64,000 nt of DNA, taken from Heterodontus francisci (lineage: Eukaryota). The translations under genes were made by a program, and so were the position numbers. The notes beneath the pieces were generated by a model. The model searched no databases. It was given only the letters and a program-made list of their open reading frames with translations, and had not been told where the DNA came from. The stretch is from NCBI RefSeq assembly GCF_036365525.1, contig NC_090378.1:117661593-117725592 (forward strand), in the 5' to 3' direction. Positions 28,001 through 43,000 of the stretch are shown piece by piece (the first letter of the stretch is position 1; each line of letters opens with the position of its first letter).

Positions 28001-31000
28001 GGTGGGACTGTGTGTCCATGAACATATATTATATATAACTGTGGGATGTGTCAGTACAGGACGTGGGACTGTGAGCCCATTATTATATATTCTAGATAAC
28101 AGTGGGATCTGTCAGGACAGGAGGTGGGGCTGTCTGTCCAATATTATATATTATATATAACTGTCGGATGTGTCAGTACAGGAGGTGGGACTGTGTGTCC
28201 AATATTATGTCTTATATATAACTGTGGGACGTGTCAGTCCAGGAGGTGGGAATGTGTGTCCATTATTATATATTAGATATAACTGTGGGATGTGTCAGTA
28301 CAGGAGGTGGGACTGTGTGTCCATTATTATATATTAAATATAACTGTGGGATGTGTCAGTACAGGAGGTGGGACTGTGTGTCCATTATTATATATTATAT
28401 ATAAATGTGGGATGTGTCAGTGCAGGAGGTGGGACTGTGTGTCCATTATTATATATTATATATAACTGTGGGATGTGTCAGTGCGGGAGGTGGGACTGTG
28501 TGTCCATGAACATATATTATATATAACTGTGGGATGTGTCAGTACAGGACGTGGGACTGTGAGCCCATTATTATATATTCTAGATAACAGTGGGATGTGT
28601 CAGTACAGGGGGTGGGACTGTGTGTCCATTATTATATATTATATATAACTGTGGGATGTGTCAGTGCAGGAGGTGGGACTGTGTGTCCATTATTATATAT
28701 TATATATAACTGAGGGATGTGTCAGGACAGGAGGTGGGACTGTGTGTCGATTATTATATATTATATATAACTGTGGGATGTGTCAGAGCGGGAGGTGGGA
28801 TTTTGTGTCCATTATTATATATAATATATAAATGTGGGATGTGTCAGTGCAGGAGGTGGGACTGTGTGTCCATTATTATCTATTATATATAACTGTGGGA
28901 TGTGTCAGTGCGGGAGGTGGGACTGTGTGTCCATTATTATATATTATATATAACTGTGGGATGTGTCAGTGCGGGAGGTGGGACTGTGTGTCCATTATTA
29001 TATATTATATATAACTGTGGGATGTGTCAGTACAGGAGGTGGGACTGTGTGCCCATTATTATATATTATATATAACTGTGGAACGTGTCAGTGTGGGAGG
29101 TTGGACTATGCGTCCATTATTATATATTATATATAACTGTGGAAAGTGTCAGTCGAGGAGGTGGGACTGTGTGTCCATTATTATATATTATATATAACTG
29201 TGGGATGTGTCAGTGCGGGAGGTGGGACTGTGTGTCCATTATTATATATTATATATAACTGTGGGATGTGTCAGTACAGGAGGTGGGACTGTGTGTCCAA
29301 TATTATGTCTTATATATAACTGTGGAACGTGTCAGTGTGGGAGGTGGGACTATGCGTCCATTATTATATATTATATACAACTGTGGAAAGTGTCAGTCGA
29401 GGAGGTGGGACTGTGTGTCCATTATTATATATTATATATAACTGTGGGATGTGTCAGTGCGGGAGGTGGGACTGTGTGTCCATTATTATATATTATATAT
29501 AACTGTGGGATGTGTCAGTACAGGAGGTGGGACTGTGTGCCCATTATTATATATTATATATAACTGTGGGATGTGTCAGTGCGGGAGGTGGGACTGTGTG
29601 TCCATGAACATATATTATATATAACTGTGGGATGTGTCAGTACAGGACGTGGGACTGTGAGCCCATTATTATATATTCTAGATAACAGTGGGATGTGTCA
29701 GTACAGGGGGTGGGACTGTGTGTCCATTATTATATATTATATATAACTGTGGGATGTGTCAGTGCAGGAGGTGGGACTGTGTGTCCATTATTATATATTA
29801 TATATAACTGAGGGATGTGTCAGGACAGGAGGTGGGACTGTGTGTCGATTATAATATATTATATACAACTGTGGGATGTGTCAGTACAGGAGGTGCGACT
29901 GTGTGTCCATTATTATTATTATATATAACTGTGGGATATGTCAGTGCAGGAGGTGGGACTGTATGTCGATTATTATATATTATATATAACTGTGGGATGT
30001 GTCAGAGCGGGAGGTGGGATTTTGTGTCCATTATTATATATAATATATAAATGTGGGATGTGTCAGTGCAGGAGGTGGGACTGTGTGTCCATTATTATAT
30101 ATTATATATAACTGTGGGATGTGTCAGTGCGGGAGGTAGGACTGTGTGTCCAATATTATATATTATATATAACTGTGGGTTGTGTCAGTGCGGGAGGTGG
30201 GACTGTGTATCCATTATTATATATTATATATAACTGTGGGTTGTGTCAGTAGAGGAGGTGGGACTGTGAGTCCATTATTATATATAATATATAATTGTGG
30301 GATGTGTCAGTGCAGGAGGTGGGACTGTGTGTCCAATATTATATATTATATATCACTGTGGGATGTGTCAGTGCGGGAGGTAGGACTGTGTATCCATTAT
30401 TATATATTATATATAACTGTGGGTTGTGTCAGTAGAGGAGGTGGGACTGTGAGTCCATTATTATATATAATATATAATTGTGGGATGTGTCAGTGCGGGA
30501 GGTGGGACTGTGTATCCATTATTATATATTATATATAACTGTGGGTTGTGTCAGTAGAGGAGGTGGGACTGTGAGTCCATTATTATATATAATATATAAT
30601 TGTGGGATGTGTCAGTGCAGGAGGTGGGACTGTGTGTCCAATATTATATATTATATATAACTGTGGGATGTGTCAGTGCGGGAGGTAGGACTGTGTGTCC
30701 AATATTATATATTATATATAACTGTGGGATGTGTCAGTGCGGGAGGTGGGACTGTGTATCCATTATTATATATTATATATAACTGTGGGTTGTGTCAGTG
30801 CGGGAGGTGGGACTGTGTATCCATTATTATATATTATATATAACTGTGGGTTGTGTCAGTAGAGGAGGTGGGACTGTGAGTCCATTATTATATATAATAT
30901 ATAATTGTGGGATGTGTCAGTGCAGGAGGTGGGACTGTGTGTCCAATATTATATATTATATATAACTGTGGGATGTGTCAGTGCGGGAGGTAGGACTGTG

Positions 31001-34000
31001 TGTCCAATATTATATATTATATATAACTGTGGGTTGTGTCAGTAGAGGAGGTGGGACTGTGAGTCCATTATTATATATAATATATAATTGTGGGATGTGT
31101 CAGTGCAGGAGGTGGGACTGTGTGTCCAATATTATATATTATATATAACTGTGGGATGTGTCAGTGCGGGAGGTAGGACTGTGTGTCCAATATTATATAT
31201 TATATATAACTGTGGGTTGTGTCAGTAGAGGAGGTGGGACTGTGAGTCCATTATTATATATAATATATAATTGTGGGATGTGTCAGTGCGGGAGGTGGGA
31301 CTGTGTATCCATTATTATATATTATATATAACTGTGGGTTGTGTCAGTAAAGAGGTGGGACTGTGTGTCCATTATTATCTATTATATATAACTGTGGGAT
31401 GTGTCAGTGCGGGAGGTGGGACTGTGTATCCATTATTATATATTATATATAACTGTGGGTTGTGTCAGTAGAGGAATGGGACTGTGAGTCCATTATTATA
31501 TATAATATATCATTGTGGGATGTGTCAGTGCAGGAGGTGGGACTGTGTGTCCAATATTATATATTATATATAACTGTGGGATGTGTCAGTGCGGGAGGTA
31601 GGACTGTGTGTCCAATATTATATATTATATATAACTGTGGGTTGTGTCAGTAGAGGAGGTGGGACTGTGAGTCCATTATTATATATAATATATAATTGTG
31701 GGATGTGTCAGTGCAGGAGGTGGGACTGTGTGTCCATTATTATATATTATATATAACTGTCGGATGTGTCAGTGCGGGAGGTGGGACTGTGTGTCCATTA
31801 TTATATATTCTAGATAACTGTCGGATGTGTCAGTACAGGAGGTGGGACTGTGTGTCCAATATTATGTCTTATATATAACTGTGGGATGTGTCAGTGCGGG
31901 AGGTGGGACTGTGTGTCCATGAACATATATTATATATAACTGTGGGATGTGTCAGTACAGGACTTGGGACTGTGAGCCCATTATTATATATTCTAGATAA
32001 CAGTGGGATCTGTCAGGACAGGAGGTGGGGCTGTGTGTCCAATATTATATATTATATATAACTGTCGGATGTGTCATAATGGGAGGTGGGACTGTGTTTC
32101 CAATATTATATATTATATATAACTGTGGAACGTGTCAGTCGAGGAGGTGGGACTGTGCGTCCATTATTATATATTATATATAACTGTGGGATGTGTCAGT
32201 GCGGGAGGTGGGACTGTGTGTCCATTATTATATATTATATATAACTGTGGAACGTGTCAGTCGAGGAGGTGGTACTGTACGTCCTTTATTATATATTATA
32301 TGTAACTGTGGGATGTGTCAGTGCGGGAGGTGGGACTGTCTGTCCATTATTATATATTATATATAACTGTGGAACGTGTCAGTCGAGGAGGTGGGACTGT
32401 GCGTCCATTATTAGATATTATATATAACTGTGGGATGTGTCAGTGCGGGAGGTGGGACTGTGTGTCCATTACTATATATTATATATAACTGTGGAACGTG
32501 TAAATCAAGGAGGTGGGACTATGTCTCCATTATTATATATTATATATAACTGTGGAAGGTGTCAGTCGAGGAGGTGGGACTGTGCGTCCCTTATTAAATA
32601 TTATACATAACTGTGGAAAGTGTCAGTCGAGGAGGTGGGACTGTGTGTCCATTATTATATATTATATATAACTGTGGGATGTGTCAGTGCGGGAGGTGGG
32701 ACTGTGTGTCCATTATTATATATTATATATAACTGTGGAACGTGTCAGTCGAGGAGGTGGGACTGTGCGTCCATTATTATATATTATATATAACTATGGG
32801 ATGTGTCAGTGCGGGGGGTGGGACTGTGTGTCCATTATTATATGTTATATATAACTGTGGGATGTGTCAGTACAGGAGGTGGGACTGTGTGTCCATTATT
32901 ATATATTATATATAACTGTCGGATGTGTCAGTGCAGGAGGTGGGACTGTGTGTCCATTATTATATATTCTAGATAACTGTCGGATGTGTCAGTACAGGAG
33001 GTGGGACTGTGTGTCCAATATTATGTCTTATATATAACTGTGGGATGTGTCAGTACAGGACGTGGGACTGTGAGCCCATTATTATATATTCTAGATAACA
33101 GTGGGATCTGTCAGGACAGGAGGTGGTGCTGTGTGTCCAATATTATATATTATATATAACTGTCGGATGTGTCAGTACAGGAGGTGGGACTGTGTGTCCA
33201 ATATTATGTCTTATATATCACTGTGGGACGTGTCAGTCCAGGAGGTGGGACTGTGTGTCCATTATTATATATTAGATATAACTGTGGGATGTGTCAGTAC
33301 AGGAGGTGGGACTGTGTGTCCATTATTTTATATTAAATATAACTGTGGGATGTGTCAGTACAGGAGGTGGGACTGTGTGTCCATTATTATATATTATATA
33401 TAAATGTGGGATGTGTCAGTGCAGGAGGTGGGACTGTGTGTCCATTATTATATATTATATATAACTGTGGGATGTGTCAGTGCGGGAGGTGGGACTGTGT
33501 GTCCATGAACATATATTATATATAACTGTGGGATGTGTCAGGACAGGACGTGGGACTGTGAGCCCATTATTATATATTCTAGATAACAGTGGGATGTGTC
33601 AGTACAGGGGGTGGGACTGTGTGTCCATTATTATATATTATGTATAACTATGGGATGTGTCAGTGCAGGAGGTGGGACTGTGTGTCCATTATTATATATT
33701 ATATATAACTGAGGGATGTGTCAGGACAGGAGGTGGGACTGTGTGTCCATTATTATATATTATATATAACTGTGGGATGTGTCAGTGCGGGAGGTGGGAC
33801 TGTGTGTCGATTATAATATATTATATACAACTGTGGGATGTTTCAGTACAGGAGGTGGGACTGTGTGTCCATTATTATATATTATATATAACTGAGGGAT
33901 GTGTCAGTACAGGAGGTGCGACTGTGTGTCCATTATTATTATTATATATAACTGTGGGATGTGTCTGTGCAGGAGGTGGGACTGTGTGTCGATTATTATA

Positions 34001-37000
34001 TATTATATATAACTGTGGGATGTGTCAGAGCGGGAGGTGGGATTTTGTGTCCATTATTATATATAATATATAAATGTGGGATGTGTCAGTGCAGGAGGTG
34101 GGACTGTGTGTCCATTATTATCTATTATATATAACTGTGGGATGTGTCAGTGCGGGAGGTGGGACTGTGTGTCCATTATTATATATTATATATAACTGTG
34201 GGATGTGTCAGTGCGGGAGGTGCGACTGTGTGTCCATTATTATATATTATATATAACTGTGGGTTGTGTCAGTAGAGGAGGTGGGACTGTGAGTCCATTA
34301 TTATATATAATATATAATTGTGGGATGTGTCAGTGCAGGAGGTGGGACTGTGTGTCCAATATTATATATTATATATAACTGTGGGATGTGTCAGTGCGGG
34401 AGGTAGGACTGTGTGTCCAATATTATATATTATATATAACTGTGGGTTGTGTCAGTAGAGGAGGTGGGACTGTGAGTCCATTATTATATATAATATATAA
34501 TTGTGGGATGTGTCAGTGCGGGAGGTGGGACTGTGTGTCCATTATTATATATTATATATAACTGTGGGTTGTGTCAGTAGAGGAGGTGGGACTGTGAGTC
34601 CATTATTATATATAATATATAATTGTGGGATGTGTCAGTGCGGGAGGTGGGACTGTGTATCCAATATTATATATTATGTATAACTGTGGGATGTGTCAGT
34701 GCAGGAGGTGGGACTGTGTGTCCAATATTATATATTATGTATAACTGTGGGTTGTGTCAGTAGAGGAGGTGGGACTGTGAGTCCATTATTATATATTATA
34801 TATAATTGTGGGATGTGTCAGTGCAGGAGGTGGGACTGTGTGTCCAATATTATATATTATATATAACTGTGGGATGTGTCAGTGCGGGAGGTGGGACTGT
34901 GTGTCCATTATTATATATTATATATAACTGTGGAACGTGTCAGTGTGGGAGGTGGGACTATGCGCCCATTATTATATATTATATATAACTGTGGAAAGTG
35001 TCAGTCGAGGAGGTGGGACTGTGTGTCCATTATTATATATTATATATAATTGTGGGATGTGTCAGTGCGGGAGGTGGGACCGTGTGTCCATTATTATATA
35101 TTATATATAACTGTGGGATGTGTCAGTACAGGAGGTGGGACTGTGTGTCCATTATTATATATTATATATAACTGTCGAACGTGTCAGTCGAGGAGGTGGG
35201 ACTGTGCGTCCAATATTATATATTATATATAACTGTGGGATGCGTCAGTGCGGGAGGTGGGACTGTGTGTCCATTATTATATATCATATATAAATGTGGG
35301 ATGTGTCAGTGCAGGAGGTGGGACTGTGTGTCCATTATTATATATTATATATAACTGTCGGATGTGTCAGTGCGGGAGGTGGGACTGTGTGTCCATTATT
35401 ATATATTCTAGATAACTGTCGGATGTGTCAGTACAGGAGGTGGGACTGTGTGTCCAATATTATGTCTTATACATAACTGTGGGATGTGTCAGTGCGGGAG
35501 GTGGGACTGTGTGTCCATGAACATATATTATATATAACTGTGGGATGTGTCAGTACAGGACTTGGGACTGTGAGCCCATTATTATATATTCTAGGTAACA
35601 GTGGGATCTGTCAGGACAGGAGGTGGGGCTGTGTGTCCAATATTATATATTATATATAACTGTCGGATGTGTCAGTACAGGAGGTGGGACTGTGTGTCCA
35701 ATATTATGTCTTATATATAACTGTGGGACGTGTCAGTCCAGGAGGTGGGACTGTGTGTCCATTATTATATATTAGATATAACTGTGGGATGTGTCAGTAC
35801 AGGAGGTGGGACTGTGTGTCCATTATTATATATTATATATAACTGTTGAATGTGTCAGTACAGGAGGTGGGACTGTGTGTCCATTATTATATATTATATA
35901 TAAATGTGGGATGTGTCAGTGCAGGAGGTGGGACTGTGTGTCCATTATTATATATTATATATAACTGTGGGATGTGTCAGTACAGGACGTGGGACTGTGA
36001 GCCCATTATTATATATTCTAGATGACAGTGGGATGTGTCAGTACAGGGGGTGGGACTGTGTGTCCATTATTATATATTATATATAACTGTGGGATGTGTC
36101 AGTGCAGGAGGTGGGACTGTGTGTCCATTATTATATATTATATATAACTGAGGGAAGTGTCAGGACAGGAGGTGGGACTGTGTGTCCATTATTATATATT
36201 ATATATAACTGTGGGATGTGTCAGTGCGGGAGGTGGGACTGTGTGTCGATTATAATATATTATATACAACTGTGGGATGTGTCAGTATAGGAGTGGGACT
36301 GTGTGTCCATTATTATTATTAGATATAACAGTGGGATGTGTCAGTGCAGGAGGTGGGACTGTGTGTCGATTATTATATATTATATATAACTGTGGGAAGT
36401 GTCAGTGCGGGAGGTGGGACTGTGTGTCCATTATTATATATTATATATAAATGTGGGATGTGTCAGAGCAGGAGGTGGGACTGTGTGTCCATTATTATCT
36501 ATTATATATCACTGTGGGATGTGTCAGTGCGGGAGGTGGGACTGTGAGTCCATTATTATATATAATATATAATTGTGGGATGTGTCAGTGCAGGAGGTGG
36601 GACTGTGTGTCCAATATTATATATTATATATAACTGTGGGATGTGTCAGTGCGGGAGGTGGGACTGTGTGTCCAATATTATATATTATATATAACTGTGG
36701 GTTGTGTCAGTAGAGGAGGTGGGACTGTGAGTCCATTATTATATATAATATATAATTGTGGGATGTGTCAGTGCGGGAGGTGGGACTGTATGTCCATTAT
36801 TATATATTATATATAACTGTGGGTTGTGTCAGTAGAGGAGGTGGGACTGTGAGTCCATTATTATATATAATATATAATTGTGGGATGTGTCAGTGCGGGA
36901 GGTGGGACTGTGTGTCCATTATTATATATTATATATAACTGTGGGTTGTGTCAGTAGAGGAGGTGGGACTGTGAGTCCATTATTATATATAATATATAAT

Positions 37001-40000
37001 TGTGGGATGTGTCAGTACAGGAGGTGGGACTGTGAGTCCATTATTATATATAATATATAATTGTGGGATGTGTCAGTGCGGGAGGTGGGACTGTGTGTCC
37101 AATATTATATATTATGTATAACTGTGGGATGTGTCAGAGCGGGAGGTGGGACTGTGTGTCCAATATTATATATTATGTATAACTGTGGGTTGTGTCAGTA
37201 GAGGAGGTGGGACTGTGAGTCCATTATTATATATAATATATAATTTTGGGATGTGTCAGTGCAGGAGGTGGGACTGTGTGTCCAATATTATATATTATGT
37301 ATAACTGTGGGTTGTGTCAGTACAGGAGGTGGGACTGTGTGTCCATTATTATTTATTATATATAACTGTGGGATGTGTCAGTGCGGGAGGTGGGACTGTG
37401 TGTCCATTATTATATATTATATATAACTGTGGGATGTGTCAGTGCAGGAGGTGGGACTGTGTGTTCATTATTATATATTATTTTTTACTGTGGGATGTGT
37501 CAGTACAGGAGGTGGGACTGTGTGTCCATTATTATATATTATATATAACTGTGGGTTGTGTCAGTAGAGGAGGTGGGACTGTGAGTCCATTATTACATAT
37601 AATATATAATTGTGGGATGTGTCAGTGCAGGAGGTGGAACTGTTGTCCATTATTATATTTTATATATAAAGCTGTGGAACGTGTCAGTGCAGGAGGTGGA
37701 ACCATGTGTCCATTATTATATATCAAATATAACTGTGGAACGTGTCAGTCGAGGAGGTGGGACTGTGTGTCCATTATTATATAATATATATAACTGTCGG
37801 TTGTGTCAGTACAGGAGGTGGGAATGTGTGTTTATTATTACATATTATATATAACTGTGGGACGTGTCAGTACAGGAGGTGGGACTGTGTGTCCATTATA
37901 ATATTATATATAACTGTGGGATGTGTCAGTACAGGAGGTGGGACTGTGTGTCTATTATTATATATTATATATAATTGTGGGATATGTCAGTACAGGAGGT
38001 GGGACTGTGTGTCCATTATTATATATTATATATAACTGTGGGATGTGTCAGTACAGGAGGTGGGACTGTGTGTCCATTATTATATATTACATATAACTGT
38101 GGGATGTGTCATTACAGGAGGTGGGACTGTGTGTCTATTATTGTATATGTTATATAACTGTGAGATGTGTCAGTACAGAAGGTGGGACTGTGTGTCCATT
38201 ATTATATATTATATATAACTGTGGGATGTGTCAGTACAGGAGGTGGGACTGTGTGCCCATTATTGTAGATTATATATAACTGTGAGATGTGTCAGTACAG
38301 AAGGTGGGACTGTGTGTCCATTATTATATATTATATATAACTGTGGGATGTGTCAGTACAGGAGGTGGGACTGTGTGTCCATTATTATATATTACATATA
38401 ACTGTGGGATGTGTCAGTACAGGAGGTGGGACTGTGTGTCTATTATTGTATATGTTATATAACTGTGAGATGTGTCAGTACAGAAGGTGGGACTGTGTGT
38501 CCATTATTATATATTATATATAACTGTGGGATGTGTCAGTACAGGAGGTGGGACTGTGTGTCTATTATTGTATATGATATATAACTGTGAGATGTGTCAG
38601 TACAGAAGGTAGGACTGTGTGTCCATTATTATATATGATATATAACTGTGAGATGTGTCAGTACAGGAGGTGGGACTGTGTATCCATTATTATATATTAT
38701 ATATAACTGTGGGATATCTCAGTATAGGAGGTGGGACTGTGTGTCCAGAATTATATATTATATATAACTGTGGGATATGTCAGTGCAGGAGGTGGGACTG
38801 TGTGTCCATAATTATATATTATATATAACTGTGGGACGTGTCAGTGCAGGAGGTGGGACTGTGTGTCCATAATTATATATTATGTATAACTGTGGGTTGT
38901 GTCAGTAGAGGAGGTGGGACTGTGAGTCCATTATTATATATAATATATAATTGTGGGATGTGTCAGTGCAGGAGGTGGGACTGTGTGTCCAATATTATAT
39001 ATTATGTATAACTGTGGGATGTGTCAGTGCAGGAGGTGGGACTGTGTGTCCAATATTATGTATTATATATAACTGTGGGATGTGTCAGTGCGGGAGGTGG
39101 GACTGTGTGTCCATTATTATATATTATATATAACTGTGGGATGTGTCAGTGCGGGAGCTGGGACTGTGTGTCCATTATTATATATTATATATAACTGTGG
39201 GTTGTGTCAGTGGAGGAGGTGGGACTGTGAGTCCATTATTATATATTCTATATAATTGTGGGATGTGTCAGTGCAGGAGGTGGGACTGTTGTCCATTATT
39301 ATATTTTATATATAAAGCTGTGGAACGTGTCAGTGCAGGAGGTGGAACCATGTGTCCATTATTATATATCAAATAAAACTGTGGAACGTGTCAGTCGAGG
39401 AGGTGGGACTGTGTGTCCATTATTATATAATATATATAACTGTCGGTTGTGTCAGTACAGGAGGTGGGAATGTGTGTTTATTATTACATATTATATATAA
39501 CTGTGGGACGTGTCAGTACAGGAGGTGGGACTGTGTGTCCATTAGAATATTATATATAACTGTGGGATGTGTCAGTACAGGAGGTGGGACTGTGTGTCCA
39601 TTATTATATATTATATATAACTGTGGGATGTGTCAGTACAGGAGGTGGGACTGTGTGTCTATTATTATATATTATATATAATTGTGGGATATGTCAGTAC
39701 AGAAGGTGGGACTGTGTGTCCATTATTATATATTATATATAACTGTGGGATGTGTCAGTACAGGAGGTGGGACTGTGTGTCCATTATTATATATTATATA
39801 TAACTGTGGGATGTGTCAGTACAGGAGGTGGGACTGTGTGTCTATTATTGTATATGTTATATAACTGTGAGATGTGTCAGTACAGAAGGTGGGACTGTGT
39901 GTCCATTATTATATATTATATATAACTGTGGGATGTGTCAGTACAGGAGGTGGGACTGTGTGTCTATTATTGTATATGATATATAACTGTGAGATGTGTC

Positions 40001-43000
40001 AGTACAGAAGGTAGGACTGTGTGTCCATTATTATATATGATATATAACTGTGAGATGTGTCAGTACAGGAGGTGGGACTGTGTATCCATTATTATATATT
40101 ATATATAACTGTGGGATATCTCAGTATAGGAGGTGGGACTGTGTGTCCATAATTATATCTTATATATAACTGTGGGATCTGTCAGTGCAGGAGGTGGGAC
40201 TGTGTGTCCATAATTATATATTATATATAACTGTGGGACGTGTCAGTGCAGGAGGTGGGACTGTGTGTCCATAATTATATATTATATATAACTGTGGGAC
40301 GTGTCAGTACAGGAGGTGGGACTGTGTATCCATTATTATATATTATATATAACTGTGGGATATGTCAGTATAGGAGGTGGGACTGTGTGTCCATTATTAT
40401 ATATTATATATAACTGTGGGATGTGTCAGTACAGGAGCTGGGACTGTGTGTTCATTATTATATATTACATATAACTGTGGGATGTGTCAGTACAGGAGCT
40501 GGGACTGTGTGTTCATTATTATAGATTATATATAACTGTGGGATGTCTCAGTGCGGGAGGTGGGACTGTGTGTCCAATATGATATATTATATATAACTGT
40601 GGGATGTGTCAGTGCAGGAGGTGGGACTGTGTGTCCATTATTATATATTATATATAACTGTGGGATGTGTCAGTACAGTAGGTGGGACTGTGAGTCAATT
40701 ATTATATATCATATATAACTGTGGGATGTGTCAGTGCGGGAGGTGGGACTGTGTGTCTATTATTATATATTATATATAACTGTCGGTTGTGTCAGTACAG
40801 GCGGTGGGACTGTGTGTCCATTATAATATTATTTATAACTGTGGGACGTGTCAGTACAGGAGGTGGGACTGTGTGTCCATTATTATATATTATATATAAA
40901 TGTGGAATATGTCCGTATCGGAGGTGGGACTGTGTGTCCATTATTGTATATGACATATGACTGTGAGATGTGTCAGTACAGGAGGTGGGACTCTGTGTCC
41001 ATTATTATATATTATATATAACTGTGGGATGTGTCAGTACAGGAGGTGGGACTGTGTGTCCATGATAAGATTATATATAACTGTGGGATGTGTCAGTACA
41101 GGAGGTGGGACTGTTTGTCCATTATTATATATTATATATAATTGTGGGATATGTCAGTACAGGAGGTGGGACTGTGTGTCCATTATTATATATTATATAT
41201 AACTGTGTGATGTGTCAGTACAGGAGGTGGGACTGTGTGCCCATTATTATATATTATATATAACTGTGGGATGTGTCAGTACAGGAGGTGGGACTGTGTG
41301 TCCATTATTATATATTACATATAACTGTGGGATGTGTCAGTACAGGAGGTGGGACTGTGTGTCTATTATTGTATATGTTATATAACTGTGAGATGTGTCA
41401 GTACAGAAGGTGGGACTGTGTGTCCATTATTATATATTATATATAACTGTGGGATGTGTCAGTACAGGAGGTGGGACTGTGTGTCTATTATTGTATATGA
41501 TATATAACTGTGAGATGTGTCAGTACAGAAGGTAGGACTGTGTGTCCATTATTATATATGATATATAACTGTGAGATGTGTCAGTACAGGAGGTGGGACT
41601 GTGTATCCATTATTATATATTATATATAACTGTGGGATATCTCAGTATAGGAGGTGGGACTGTGTGTCCAGAATTATATATTATATATAACTGTGGGATA
41701 TGTCAGTGCAGGAGGTGGGACTGTGTGTCCATAATTATATATTATATATAACTGTGGGACGTGTCAGTGCAGGAGGTGGGACTGTGTGTCCATAATTATA
41801 TATTATGTATAACTGTGGGTTGTGTCAGTAGAGGAGGTGGGACTGTGAGTCCATTATTATATATAATATATAATTGTGGGATGTGTCAGTGCAGGAGGTG
41901 GGACTGTGTGTCCAATATTATATATTATGTATAACTGTGGGATGTGTCAGTGCAGGAGGTGGGACTGTGTGTCCAATATTATGTATTATATATAACTGTG
42001 GGATGTGTCAGTGCGGGAGGTGGGACTGTGTGTCCATTATTATATATTATATATAACTGTGGGATGTGTCAGTGCGGGAGCTGGGACTGTGTGTCCATTA
42101 TTATATATTATATATAACTGTGGGTTGTGTCAGTGGAGGAGGTGGGACTGTGAGTCCATTATTATATATTCTATATAATTGTGGGATGTGTCAGTGCAGG
42201 AGGTGGGACTGTTGTCCATTATTATATTTTATATATAAAGCTGTGGAACGTGTCAGTGCAGGAGGTGGAACCATGTGTCCATTATTATATATCAAATAAA
42301 ACTGTGGAACGTGTCAGTCGAGGAGGTGGGACTGTGTGTCCATTATTATATAATATATATAACTGTCGGTTGTGTCAGTACAGGAGGTGGGAATGTGTGT
42401 TTATTATTACATATTATATATAACTGTGGGACGTGTCAGTACAGGAGGTGGGACTGTGTGTCCATTAGAATATTATATATAACTGTGGGATGTGTCAGTA
42501 CAGGAGGTGGGACTGTGTGTCCATTATTATATATTATATATAACTGTGGGATGTGTCAGTACAGGAGGTGGGACTGTGTGTCTATTATTATATATTATAT
42601 ATAATTGTGGGATATGTCAGTACAGAAGGTGGGACTGTGTGTCCATTATTATATATTATATATAACTGTGGGATGTGTCAGTACAGGAGGTGGGACTGTG
42701 TGTCCATTATTATATATTATATATAACTGTGGGATGTGTCAGTACAGGAGGTGGGACTGTGTGTCTATTATTGTATATGTTATATAACTGTGAGATGTGT
42801 CAGTACAGAAGGTGGGACTGTGTGTCCATTATTATATATTATATATAACTGTGGGATGTGTCAGTACAGGAGGTGGGACTGTGTGTCTATTATTGTATAT
42901 GATATATAACTGTGAGATGTGTCAGTACAGAAGGTAGGACTGTGTGTCCATTATTATATATGATATATAACTGTGAGATGTGTCAGTACAGGAGGTGGGA

